From: Narcine bancroftii
Taxonomy: Eukaryota
NCBI RefSeq assembly: GCF_036971445.1
Contig: NC_091477.1
Coordinates: forward strand, 17,422,001 to 17,486,000
Reading direction: 5' to 3'
DNA length: 64,000 nt
Position 1 is the stretch's first letter, and each line of letters starts with the position of its first letter. The notes beneath the pieces were generated by a model. The model saw only the letters and a program-made list of their open reading frames with translations, did no database searches and was not told the origin of the DNA. Shown here one piece after another: positions 13,159-27,059 of the stretch. A program made the translations under genes and the position numbers.

Positions 13159-16097
13159 CTGAAAATTTAAAAGTGTACAGCGTAACTATTCTAGGATCCC
13201 ATTTTCTACTTCTTATAATGATATTTTTTATTCATTCCAAAATTTGTCTCTCGTGGTCAAAGAACCCAAGCGAACCAAAAATTGTCAGAGCACTGTACAA
13301 GTTGCCTTTACATTAATGTACTCGTGTTATAGGTTAAACAGAAGAAGCTGCAGATGCTGGTAACTTGCTCGAGGGACTCAGCAGGACAGACATTATCCAT
13401 GGAATGACGTTGAAAGTCAACACTGTAGTTGGGACACTTTTTCAGGACTAAGGTGGGAAGGGGAGCGTAGAAGCATTAAGAGGAAGGGGCAAAAATGACA
13501 GGCTGGGAAGGGGATAAAATGTAACATCATACTGGCCACATAGGAGAAATGGAATTGGGAGACTAGTAAGGGAAAGAGACCTTATTTTGCTGGGGGGGGG
13601 GGTTGTTGGAAGACAGTGCCATTGAATGAAGTACAGGAATGGCCTAGGAAACCCAAAACAGATAAAGGATAGTGCAAATAGTGGATCATATCAGGGAGAG
13701 GTTACCTGAAATTGAAACACTCAATGATCATGCATTGGGCTGGAGGCTACCCAAGCAGAATATGAAATTCCGTTAAAACCATAGAACACCACAACACAGA
13801 AAACAGGCCATTCACTTTGTGCCGACACATCATCCCACTAACCTGCATCCCTTCCATAACCCTCCAGACCTCTACCATGCATGTATCTATCCAATTTATA
13901 AAACTTATGAGTGAGCCTCCATTTACTCCAGGTTTTGAAATTTAACATCCACAAGCCACATTCTGGCATTTTTCTTCTGACAAACCTGGCTATTTTTGAA
14001 AAGCATCATAGAACCCATTATCAAAAAGGCAGTTGGCAGTTGGAGATTTACCAATATTTTAATGAATGCTGCATTAATTACGATTAGTTTAAAGGGCAGT
14101 CAATAAATTACAGTTCATTTTATTTACATATCTACATAAAAGTGCCTGCATCCTGTACCCAAGATGAAAAGGTAAAACAGAGATGCAATGGCCTATTAAC
14201 ATCCATAACATGAATAGCAAGTCAACTTAAAAGAACTCTGACCAAGATGATACATTGTCTTAAAATCCATCAGAAAATATTCTACCTGTATTAAGAAAAT
14301 CAATCTGCTTATCAGATCAGTAGGTGATCAAAATTCATTGGACTGTATGCTTGGGCAACTTCCAAATTAAAAGTTTTTATAGCACTTTTTGTAGCCACTT
14401 TCAGATTTTAGTAACTTAAAAAAATTATTCAGCATATTAAAGTTGAAATAAATTCATGAAAATTGGCACAAGACTGCCCAGATGGGGTCAATGGAAACAC
14501 CAATCATCATAAAACCACCAAGACTTATAGTGAAAGTGGCAATTCAGCCCATTGCAACCATGGTGATTTAAATTAATCCCATTTCCCAGGGCCTTGTAGT
14601 TTATGATTCAAGTGCATATTAAGGTAAATTTTAAAAGTGATGAGGGTTTCTGCTTCTACTCATTACTCTGAACGTACAATTGCAACAAATGGAAATAAAA
14701 GAATGTTGATCACCTAAATAACTTGTAGAACATTACAGCACGGAAAGAATCTTTGTCCTATAACATGGCGCTGACCTATGTATACCTATTCCACAACAAT
14801 CTAATCTTTTCCTATCTCACCCCCACAACGCTCCATTTTTCTTACATCTATGTGCTTATCAGACCAGCCTCCGCACCAGCACTGACAATGCATTCAGGGC
14901 ATCCAGCAGCCTCTGTGCAAAATCTTACCTCAGACATCTCACCAGAACTTTCCTCCACTCACCTTAAACAGATGTCCTCTGGTATTTGCTATTGTCACCC
15001 CAGGAAAAAGGTGCTGGCTGTCCACCCTATCTATGCCCCATATTGTCATATGTACCTTTATTAAGTCACCTCTCATCCTTCGTCACTCCAAACAGAAAAC
15101 CTCTAGCTCTGTCAACCTTGCTCCACAAGACATGATCTATAATCCAGTTCTGGTAAATCTTTTCTGCACCTTCTCTAAAGCCTAACCCTGACCATAACCT
15201 TCCTATAATGAGGTGACCAGAAAAGAATGCAATATTCCAGTTTTAGGGAGTTGCAACATTACAGTTCAATTCTCTTGGATATAGAATTAAAGTCAAAGAT
15301 ACAACTGCCATTATAAGTGCAGTGGCTTGGATTCCTCCTTATAGAAACTTTTAGAATGTAGCAAGGGTCAATTACATATTTTCAATAGATTTTAATTTTT
15401 TTTTTGCTTGCTGCATTATACATCAAGTAGATAAGTGGGCACATGACCAGCTCAATTAACAAATATTATCTATATTAAACATGGCTTAATCCCAAAGCTA
15501 TTCAGATTACTTCATTTTGTTGAACTAAACACAGGGAAGGTTTCCTCCGGATGCTCTGGTTTCCTTCCACTCAACAAAACCTATAAGGGTTGTCGGTTCA
15601 TTGGGGAATTTGGGCAACACAGACTCGTGGACTGGAAGGGCCTATTACCATGCCAATGTTTAAATCTAAAAATCATGACTAGGATGGCAGCTCAGGAACA
15701 AAAAAAATATAGCTTCATGGTAACCATTATGCAATTGTTAATGCCATCCTTCAGACAGTATTGCTGCAGCGCAAATTGCAGCAGAGGACAATCTATTAGT
15801 GCTTTCCAAATTCATTTGATAACTTGGGGATGTTCAAGCCTGAAATAGAATAACAAGAACAATCGATGATGAGCACATGGATATCCTACAAACATCTGCA
15901 CTTTCAATTTCCTCTGCAAAAACAATCCAATAAAAGTACATTTTTGTCCACTGAAAAGCAGTTTCAAATTCTGCAATTCCATCTTAAAAATTAATTTTCT
16001 CAAAAACCCAAATAAGATAACAAAATCTATTAATAAAAATGAGCTACATGCATAACCAGACCTCCATTCAAACTTTTCAATTCAGGATTTGATGACA

Positions 16098-17103
16098 TTG
16101 TCCGTGAACTACTCTTTGCAGACGATGCCGCTTTAGTTGCCCATTCAGAGCCAGCTCTTCAGCGCTTGACGTCCTGCTTTGCGGAAACTGCCAAAATGTT
16201 TGGCCTGGAAGTCAGCCTGAAGAAAACTGAGGTCCTCCATCAGCCAGCTCCCCACCATGACTACCAGCCCCCCCACATCTCCATCGGGCACACAAAACTC
16301 AAAACGGTCAACCAGTTTACCTATCTCGGCTGCACCATTTCATCAGATGCAAGGATCGACAATGAGATAGACAACAGACTCGCCAAGGCAAATAGCGCCT
16401 TTGGAAGACTACACAAAAGAGTCTGGAAAAACAACCAACTGAAAAACCTCAAAGATAAGCGTATACAGAGCCGTTGTCATACCCACACTCCTGTTCGGCT
16501 CCGAATCATGGGTCCTCTACCGGCATCACCTACGGCTCCTAGAACGCTTCCACCAGCGTTGTCTCCGCTCCATCCTCAATATCCATTGGAGCGCTTTCAT
16601 CCCTAACGTCGAAGTACTCGAGATGGCAGAGGTCGAAGGCATCGAGTCCACGCTGCTGAAGATCCAGCTGCGCTGGATGGGTCACGTCTCCAGAATGGAG
16701 GACCATCGCCTTCCCAAGATCGTGTTATATGGCGAGCTCTCCACTGGCCACCGTGACAGAGGTGCACCAAAGAAGAGGTACAAGGACTGCCTAAAGAAAT
16801 CTCTTGGTGCCTGCCACATTGACCACCGCCAGTGGGCTGATAACGCCTCAAACCGTGCATCTTGGCGCCTCACAGTTTGGCGGGCAGCAACCTCCTTTGA
16901 AGAAGACCGCAGAGCCCACCTCACTGACAAAAGGCAAAGGAGGAAAAACCCAACACCCAACCCCAACCAACCAATTTTCCCCTGCAGCCGTGTCTGCCTG
17001 TACCGCATCGGACTTGTCAGCCACAAACGAGCCTGCAGCTGACGTGGACTTTTACCCCCTCCATAAATCTTCGTCCGCGAAGCCAAGCCAAAGAAAGAAG
17101 AAG
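16098..17103 (+). mobile_element. 5'-truncated RTE-clade LINE (young)
   Basis: RT motif VRELLFADD, GLEVSLKKTEV, FTYLG, QLRWMGHVSRM; C-terminal IGLVSHKRAC; (AAG)n tail; one frameshift. Confidence 0.9.
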
Positions 17104-18329
17104 ATACCTTTGCAAATTGCACAACTCTAAAAAACATTGAATTCTGTTAAAAATTTGGTATTTCTTGATGGTTTAATTGATTCCTTTTCACAGAGTTCTA
17201 TTTTTCTAGGATGTTGGAATTATTTCCCATGGAAGTGAATTATTAATAGAGGTTATAGATTTGAAATAATTTAGCAATCAAATCAGAAAAGAAGGAAGAC
17301 ATTTTAATCAGTCAAATAAATCAGCATAATCTAGAAGCAGTTACATGAACAGATGATGGAATCGTATTCCAAAAGACTTTGCAGGTACCTTCATTGGACT
17401 AAACGCATGGTTATGGGGAAAAAAAAGCATAGTTTGGGAGCAAACTGAATGTGATTTTGAAAAATATAGATAAAGTATTGCACATTGAATGATCGACCAT
17501 TTTATACAATTTTATGATTCATAAATTCAGTAATGAATAATGTTTTATTAAACTCAAAACATTGATACACCACAGAAAAACCTCAGCCCACTGTACCTGC
17601 ACTAATTGCATTCCCCAGCATTTGGCCTTAAAGTTTCAATGCAATTATGTTTTAAGTACTCACCTAAAACGTTCTGAGATCATTTGCTCCACTACCTTCT
17701 CAGGCAGGAGTTTCATAGTATGGCAACCAGAAATACACAATACTCCAGCTACTGTTTAACTAGTGTCTTGTATAAATGTACAGTAACCCTCATGGTCTTG
17801 TATATCTACCTGATATAAAAATCAGAAAACTGTGGAAAAACTCTGATGAGACAGCATCTATGGAGAGAGACCTCAAATGGTAACATTTTTCTTCTTCAAA
17901 TATACAAGTACGTGGCATTTTCTGCTTTTCTTGCATTTTTTTAAAAATAAAAGAGTAGTGATGACTTTGAATTAGGAAGTGGAGAATGGCTCATTAACAG
18001 GGTAGTAATAAAACTGGGGCTACATACATCAAATCATTAATAGTTTAACAGAGAATGAAATAGTCTGTGTTCACATGTTGAAAAACCAAAAGTTTGATCC
18101 TCCACACCAATTCAATCAAAATATCTGGTGAATATTTGTCTTCCAGGTAATGGAATCTTATTTAAGGGGTGTGAGGACTGATGACAAGGGTAGCATTTAT
18201 TGCCCTGTGGTGGTGACATCACATCAGAGGCAAGTTCAGTCAAACACACTGTCGAACTAGAATTACCAAATAGGAACATGACCGCTGACCCAAATATCAA
18301 TGTTTCCTTTTCTACAAAAAAGTAATAAT

Positions 18330-18890
18330 ATTGGAGGATCTATCCTGGAGCCTTCATGTCGATGCAATTATGAAAAAGGCTCATCAGCGGCTGTACTTCA
18401 TGAGGAGTTTGAGGAGATTTGGTATGTCACCAAAGACTCTTGAAAACTTCTACAGGTGTACAGTGCAGAGCTTTCTGGCTGGTTGCATCACTGCCTGGTA
18501 AGGAGGTGCTTATGCTCATCAGGACAAGAAAAAAAATTCCAGAGTTGTTAACTCGGCCTGTGACATGACAGGCATTAGTCTTAACTCCATCGAGATCATC
18601 CATAAGAGGTGGTGTCTTAAGAAAGGAGCCTCTATCCTCAAGGACCCTCACCACCCGCATGCCCTCTTCACTGTTACCATCAAGAAAAAGGTACAGGAGC
18701 CTGAAGATGAAAACTCAGCAGCACAAGGACACTGTTTTCCCTCCTGCCATTAGATTCCTGAATGATCAATGAACCAAGGACACTGGCTTACTTTGTATTT
18801 TACTTGCACTATGTGTTTTATATAAAATGTTTGAACTGTGATGCTGCTACAAAACAAATTTCATTATATGTTCAGGACAATAAATTCTGA
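18330..18890 (+). mobile_element. Rex/Babar-type LINE 3' fragment
   Basis: 'KKAHQRLYFMRSLRRFGMSPKTLENFYRCTV' and 'ILKDPHHP'; ends AATAAATTCTGATT. Boundaries approximate. Confidence 0.7.
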
Positions 18891-19056
18891 TTTAAGTGCA
18901 CTCTGACCTGCAGAGTATTTCCTACATTTTTTTTTGGCAGTAACTGAGATTATTGACTCTTCCCTCCATTTCAGGTTATTTACCAAATTTAAATGCCAAT
19001 TGCCATGGCAAACTTGGAGTTTATGCCTCTAGACCCGAGGACTATTAATCCAGTAA

Positions 19057-20689
19057 AAAAACAAAGCTGGAGAAACTCAGTGTCCTTTAATTAGCAAAGG
19101 TTAAAATACATAACCGATGTTTCGGGCTTGAGCCCTTCATCGAGGTATGGTAAAACATCAGTAGGTATCTGGACAAGAGAGTGGGAGTGTGACACCGAAC
19201 AGAAATGGTTGGCTACTAGGAGGTCACTGTTACGGACAGAGCGAAGTTGTTCTGCGAAGCAATCTCTCAATTTGCACCTAGTCTCTCTGATGTAGAGAAG
19301 GCCACAAAGGGAGCACTGGATACAGTAACTCAGTCCTGTGGAAACACAAGTGTTGTTTCACTTGAAAGACAAGTTTGGGGCCGCAGTCCATGGTGAGGGA
19401 GGTGGTGTGGGCACAAGTAAGGCACCTCCTGTGGCCACAAGGAAAGGTGCTGGAGCAATCATGCTGCAAGCCCACACAGTCAGGACCCCTCAACACTTCC
19501 TCTGGTATATTGAGGACTACATTGGAGCTGCCTCATTCAGCCACAATGACCTTGGCAACTTCATCCACCATAGCCAATTTCCACCCCAATCTCAAACTTA
19601 CTTGATCCATCTCTGACAATACTCTCCCCTTCCAGGATTTCTGTCTCCACCTTAAGAGACAAGCTTTTCACCAATATATATGACAAACTAACTCCCACAA
19701 CTACCTAGACTACACTTCCTCACACCCTGTCCCCCTGCAATGTTTCTATCCCCACCACATTTGCTCCCAAGATGAGGCCTTCCAGTCCAAATCTTAGGAA
19801 ATAACTGGCTTCTTCCACAAACATCTACCACAATCAACTCAGCCCTCACCCGCATCTTCTCTATTTCACGCTCATCCTCCGGAATTTCCAGCACATTAGG
19901 ATCCCAACACGAGACACATCTTCCCCTCACTGCCTTCCACAGAGACTGCTCCCTCTGTGACCCCCTCATGCATTCATCCCTCCCCTGGCACCTTCCCCTG
20001 TGGCTGCAAGAGGTACCACACTTGTTTGCACACCTTCTCCCTCACCACAGGCCCAAACAAACCTTTCAAGTGAAGCAACACTTCATTTAGGTTTCTGCAG
20101 GTCTGATTTACTGCATCTGGAGCTCCCTTTGTGGCCTTCTCTATATCGGAGAGATTGGGCACAAATTGGGAGATCGCTTAGCTGAGCACTTTTGCTTCAA
20201 CCATAACAGTTACAAAGACCTCCCAGTGGCCAACTATTTCAGTTCTGCATCACACTCCCACTCACATGTCTGTCCATGGTCTTGTGCACTGTCACCCCAA
20301 GACCACCCACAAATTGGATGAAGAACAGCTGATTTTCTGTCTGGTCATTCTCCAGCCAGATGGTATTAACATTGACTTTTCCCCTTTTCTGCTAACTTTC
20401 CACTTCTCCTCCCTCCCCCTCCCTTCATCAAGCCATTCCTCCTTCCCTTGATCTCTATTGTCCCCTCCCTCCCTTCTCTATTATCACCTTCTGCCTTGTA
20501 AACATCTCCCCCCCCCACTCTTTTGTTCAGATGCCTACCGACATTTCCCCACACCTTTTGGGCTCAAAGCCCAAAACGTCAGTTATGTATTTTTAACTTT
20601 GCTATAAAAAGGACACTGCTTGACCTGCTGAGTTTTTCCATTTTTGTGTTTTTACTTCAAACATGGTGTCTACATATTTTGTGTTTTAT
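19057..20689 (+). mobile_element. Penelope-like element with inverted 5' pseudo-LTR and 14-bp TSD
   Basis: TATTAATCCAGTAA at 19043-19056 and 20690-20703; GIY-YIG endonuclease remnant (FQVKQH..LIYCIWSSLCGLLYIGE, about 20063-20155); 19057-19460 is an inverted copy of the 3' region. Confidence 0.8.
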
Positions 20690-21773
20690 TATTAATCCAG
20701 TAATTTAATCAATGTGCTAGACGAATGTACAGAGAGGGAAAGGTTAAAACAGGAGCAAGTAAAGGAGAGATAGAAATTGTGGAACAATCTCTGTAACAGA
20801 TATGAAAAAAAAATCTATACTTAATTATATTAAAGGGTGAAATAAAATGACTTTGAAAACTAGGGGAATTGAGGGACATTCAGTGAGAAAAGACTGATTA
20901 GTCATGATTTTATTGAATGGAGGAACTGGTTTGAAGGGGCTAATGAACTAATCCTGCTTCCAATTATTAAGTTCCAACATGCTTTTGACAGGGAGAAGTT
21001 ACCAAAACAGAGAGAAAAAAAAAGTCAGGGTGTGAACTCGGTCTAATAGACCAGGCGTGTGCAAACGAAACATGGGAGAGGCCAAACCATCACTCCCAGT
21101 CACTGAAAAGATTACAATGCAAAATTTCCTAATTCCTGGTGAACTGATTCTCTGTTGCCTTTCTCAGTCACAAACATTGCAATTAGTACGCCCATCAGAT
21201 TTCTACACTAAACCAGAAGTGGGGTTTTAGGCGAAAAATATTGCCAACCTCCCCACCCCCAAAATCCTTCGTCTCCCGTAATGAAGCAAAGCCTGCACTT
21301 ATGACTGTAATCTCCAGTCAAGTTTCCATTAAAACAAATGTAGCTGCTTTGAAATACAATCGTACTATTTAAAATAAATATGGACATGTTCCATCAATTC
21401 AAGGTTCGACACGAGCAAGTTGCAATGGCAATAAAATATAATGGTATCACTGTAAGGCGCTGCCTTAAAAAGGTGGTGGAGACCAGGGGTCTCACAGCAA
21501 TAAAAAAAACCACATTTGATTCATAGATTTTTTTTTAAAAGCGCATGGTCAAGTTCAAAGGAACCATCGAGAAGGCGAAGGGCACGGGGGCAATGAGTAA
21601 GATGCTTAATCTCCCTGCTTTAGTCATTCAATCCCTCCCTCCCTCCTTCCCCACCCCCCCCCCCCCCACTCCACCCCAGCCCAGCCACGCACTGTAGGCA
21701 AAGTGGGACCGACTAGGCCTCCCTGCCACCAACCCACCCCACGCTCGCTCTTCCCGGCCCAACGGGATACCTA

Positions 21774-22364
<591 letters not shown>

Positions 22365-22632
22365 GTAAGGACTTTATCGACGGGAGCGTGCGGCTGAGGG
22401 ACTCGAGTCACCTCTCGGCCTTTGGGGCACCCATTTCGGGGACATCCCTTCCCGAGGGCAAAGAGGAAATCACTGTCCAGAATGGGTCTCCATGGAGAGG
22501 ACGAATGCTTTGCACAAGCAGGATCGCCCACTTTGTCAGGCCATAAGACTAGGGAGCAAAACGAGGGCATACAGCCCATCGAATCGGGGCTGATTTATAT
22601 ATAAATATATATGTATATATATTTATATCTGA

Positions 22633-22731
22633 ATGCTTCTACTAATCAGATTGTGGTGAGAAGGCAGAAGAATGGGGTTGGTTCTGCCCTATTCTTCTGC
22701 CTTCTCACCACAATCTGATTAGTAGAAGCAT
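22633..22731. repeat. Perfect 41-bp inverted repeat with 17-nt spacer (hairpin)
   Basis: 22633-22673 is the exact reverse complement of 22691-22731. Confidence 0.97.
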
Positions 22732-25700
22732 AATGATGGAGAAGCTCAGACTGATAACATACACACACACAACCAACGCTTCAGCCTTTCATCTGATGAG
22801 TCGTCCCATTTTAAGGCGACATTCTCGAGTTCCAACGACCCAGGGGTATTTTGTTTTCAAAAGCATGACTTTCCATGCACAATTGTCACTGTCAGGCGGT
22901 TTATGTGTGCGTTTGGTCTGTGATGCAGAACAACGAATGTTGTGACTTGTTCCTGTCAGTTCTAAGTTGCATTGGTTCTGTGTCCTCCGGGTGCTTGGGT
23001 TATTAGGAGTTGGGTGACACCCTTTTGTTATTGTGTGGTGAAAGGGACTTTTGTTAATTGGGTGCAGTGCTAATTGTTGTCTGAGGTGCAGGAGCTCACC
23101 AAAAAACGGCACCTGGAGCTGCCCCATGAGGTGCCGGAGTGGGGCTCCCCTGCAGCATTGCACCCCCGATTGACTGAAAATTACTAGTTGAACGACTCAA
23201 ATTATCAATGCTTATAGAAGGAAAACGGCGGATAATGGAACAAAGATGTTGGAAGATCTTGAATTTCAAGTTTCAGAATTGTTTTCTTGAAAAGTGTTTG
23301 TTTTGCATTGCCCAGCAAGTCAACCTTAATGATCGAAGTAAAAGACCCACAGCATATTATATATAGCGTGCAGTATTGCAGTGAAAGATCAGTTTGTCCA
23401 TAGTAAGGTTTGTGAGGTTTGCTCAGGAAAACTGCAGAGAAGAACTGTATTTGAACCTGCTGGTGTGTGATGTACCATTCTTGAGCTTTCTCCTGAGTAG
23501 GAGAAGAGTGTTGCTAGGATGGGTCCTTCAGAATGCTAGGGAGCTTTCTGAGACAGTGGGAAGTGGAGATTGAGTGGATGTGGTGGGGGAGGGGGGGGGT
23601 GGGGAAGAAGTTTCTGTGATGTTCTGAGCCTCATTCAGCAAATCAGGCATAATGTTTTGGGTTGGGACCCTTAGTAGAGGCTAAAAAAAGGGAAGGAGAG
23701 ATATCAAGCAAAAAAAACGTGGTGGTGGGAAAGGAGACAAGAGATAGTATGAGAGAGAATTGAATTTTCCACCCTTGTTCCACAATTTCTATCTCTCCTT
23801 TACTTGCTCCTCTCTCTCTTCTCTCTTCTCTTCTCACCCCACTGTGGTTTTCTCCACTGCCTGTCTCTCCATTGCTCCCACCTTCTTTTCTGTCCAGTAG
23901 CCTGACACTTCTTTGCCCCGTCTGTCTCCTCCCCCTTTAGACTTTATATCTCTCCTTTCATCTCGATAAAGGATCCCAATCCAAAATGTTGACTGAACAT
24001 TTTTTCTTTGAGTGCTGCCTGACCTGCTGAGTCCATCCAATGTCTCTCTGTTCACTCATCAAGTTTCTGTTTGCATTCTTCAGGAATCAAAAGCAAAATT
24101 TTGACCAAAATCAGTTCTAATGATTTTCATGATGAATTCTGTTTTGCCCCTTGAAAATTTTGTTTTCAAGTTATGTCTATCACAAAATCTTTTGACGTGT
24201 ACTGGAAAGTTTTACCTATTTGAGATGTTGCACAAACCTATCATCTGCATGCTAACTATGTAAAACTATCAAACATTCTTAGTATGTAACAACAAACATT
24301 CGAGAATTGTTGGACCCAAAAGACTGATGAATGAATTGCAAATTAACTTCTGAAATTTTTATTTCAAATAGGCCACATTTAATACTCAAATGGCTTTTCT
24401 AATTTGATGCGTGAAATGGTGCTTAAATTGCTGAAGTAGTAATCTAAGAACTTGAACTAATGACTCAGGACAGTTATCTGGATAAAATAGGCTATTCTGA
24501 CATGATTTCTCCTTGATTGTAATGTTATTGTTTTTGTTATTCCTGTTTTCCAAATATAACAACACATATCTTGTAGCTATAAGACTCCAAAAGAAAAGTA
24601 TGTATTTAAATAAAATCCTGATCTTAGTTTTAAGTGTGCTTAAAATGGAATTAATTTCTAATTTTAAAAGCCTTTAAAACAATGTATATTTCAAGAGGTA
24701 ACAAAATCTTAAAATTTATACACAATTCATTTTGTAACCCTATTTTCTGTTATTTATAGATCTGTGAAGGGTCAATTATTGCAACCATCCATTATTCAGT
24801 TGTAAAATTTAAAAAAAAATAAATGGTTTTGCAGGACATAAGCAAATAATGAATTCAGAATCTTGTATTTAAAATACCTGTATTTATGTTTGATATTTTT
24901 GATTTTTGCAGTATTACCTTTAGGCAAGTGACAACCAAGGTCCTGTGTAAATTAGTAAGTAGCATATTCACATCTTTTGCCATACCTCATTTGTGAAAAT
25001 CATTTCTAATCTTTCTCATCTATAATGGATTTTAATTGGAATTGGTGAAATTGGAGAAGTGATTGATCAAACTGTTTCAATGGAGTCCAAACATGTTTTG
25101 GTGATTAGTTCAGTGAAAATTGTGCCAGTGTGTATTTGTCCATTAAAATGTGACTTAATGATTGGCACAGGTTAAAACAAAAGATGAGTGGATTGCACTA
25201 ACTTTTGAAGTGTCGTCAGTTTAGAAGCTTTACAAACCATATGCAGAGATTTCAGAGTGGAACATAATTTCACTTTTATGGGAATATCAATTGTTATGGG
25301 AGTAAGAATTGGGGGTTAATATTCTATCAATCTATCTCTGAGCCATTGTCTAAGATATTTATGTTCAGAGCTTGGCTGAGGCTGTGGATTTAGGAAAAAT
25401 TCTACCAAAGATTTTAAAAAAAGAGTTCATTCTTGTTCTCAGCCAGTCATCCTGCAATCTTGGATGGAAGTGACAAGGAGTAACCTAACTGGAGTTTCTA
25501 CCATTCTCTTGCTACTGCAGCTGTGATAAACAATTGTAGCATCTCACAATCACTCTGGTAATGAAATGGTGGGCTTGCTCTCTGTAAGTTTGGTTGAATC
25601 TTTAGGAAGTCAACTTGAATATATCAGAAGTAAAGTAAATGTCCATCATGCAAAATGATGAATCTGGCAGCAGCTTGATGACATCATAAACCAATAGGGA

Positions 25701-25780
25701 AAGGTTTTATTTATTTTGAGATGGGATTATTAATTTGATTGTTTGCTCTTCATCTTTTTTGCAAAGTTACTTTCAGTTCT

Positions 25781-26804
25781 CTCTTCTTCTTTGGCTTGGC
25801 TTCGCGGACGAAGATTTATGGAGGGGTAATGTCCACGTCAGTTGCAGGCTCGTTTGTGGCTGACAAGTCCGATGCGGGACAGGCAGACACGGTTGCAGCG
25901 GTTGCAGGGGAAAATTGGTTGGTTGGGGTTGGGTGTTGGGTTTTTCCTCCTTTGTCTTTTGACAGTGAGGTGGGCTCTGCGGTCTTCTTCAAAGGAGGTT
26001 GCTGCCCGTCGAAATGTGAGGCGCCAAGATGCACGGTTTAAGGCGATATCAGCCCACTGGCGGTGGTCAATGTGGCAGGCACCAAGAGCTTTCTTTAGGC
26101 AGTCCTTGTACCTCTTCTTTGGTGCACCTTTGTCTCGGTGGCCAGTGGAGAGCTCGCCATATAACACGATCTTGGGAAGGCGCTGGTCCTCCATTCTGGA
26201 GACGTGACCGACCCAGCGCAGTTTGATCTTCTGCAGCGTGGATTCGATGCTGTCGGCCTCTGCCATCTCGAGTACTTCGATGTTGGAGATGAAATCGCTC
26301 CAATGAATGTTGAGGATGGAGCGGAGACAACGCTGGTGGAAGCGTTCTAGGAGCCGTAGGTGATGCCGGTAGAGGACCCATGATTCGGAGCCGAACAGGA
26401 GTGTGGGTATGACAACGGCTCTGTATACGCTAATCTTTGTGAGGTTTTTCAGTTGTTTTTCCAGACTCTTTTGTGTAGTCTTCCAAAGGTGCTATTTGCC
26501 TTGGCGAGTCTGTTGTCTATCTCGTTGTCGATCCTTGCATCCGATGAAATGGTGCAGCCGAGATAGGTAAACTGGTTGACCGTTTTGAGTTTTGTGTGCC
26601 CGATGGAGATGTGGGGAGGCTGGTAGTCATGGTGGGGAGCTGGCTGATGGAGGACCTCAGTTTTCTTCAGGCTGACTTCCAGGCCAAACATTTTGGCAGT
26701 TTCCGCAAAACAGGACATCAAGCGTTGAAGAGCTGGCTCTGAATGGGGAACTAAAGCGGCATCGTCTGCAAAGAGTAGTTCACGGACAAGTTACTCGGAC
26801 AAGA
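25781..26804 (-). mobile_element. 5'-truncated RTE-clade LINE with 12-bp TSD
   Basis: Same family as 16098-17103; TSD ACTTTCAGTTCT at 25769-25780 and 26805-26816; C-terminal CNRCNRVCLSRIGLVSHKRAC; (AAG) tail. Confidence 0.92.
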
Positions 26805-27059
26805 ACTTTCAGTTCTAGGTATTGGTTATTCTCACATGAAAGCAGTGATTGCATTAAAGTTAATCTTATCACATTGATGTATGATATACTCTTGGTTACC
26901 AGAGTGCAACATAGAAAGTACTGGAGAAACAGTTCCATGGTGGGAAATAGGTACCGTATATTTGCTGTTGTTTAGCATGACTCTGTATTTGATGACCCCT
27001 GGAATTTTCACCTCAAATGTTGGTTTTGAGAATAATACCCTTTTGTTGTGCTTGGAAGA

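Noticed and set aside
16682-17137. 151-aa antisense ORF (and its counterpart at 25842-26207)
   Set aside because: Antisense shadow of the RTE reverse-transcriptase frame.
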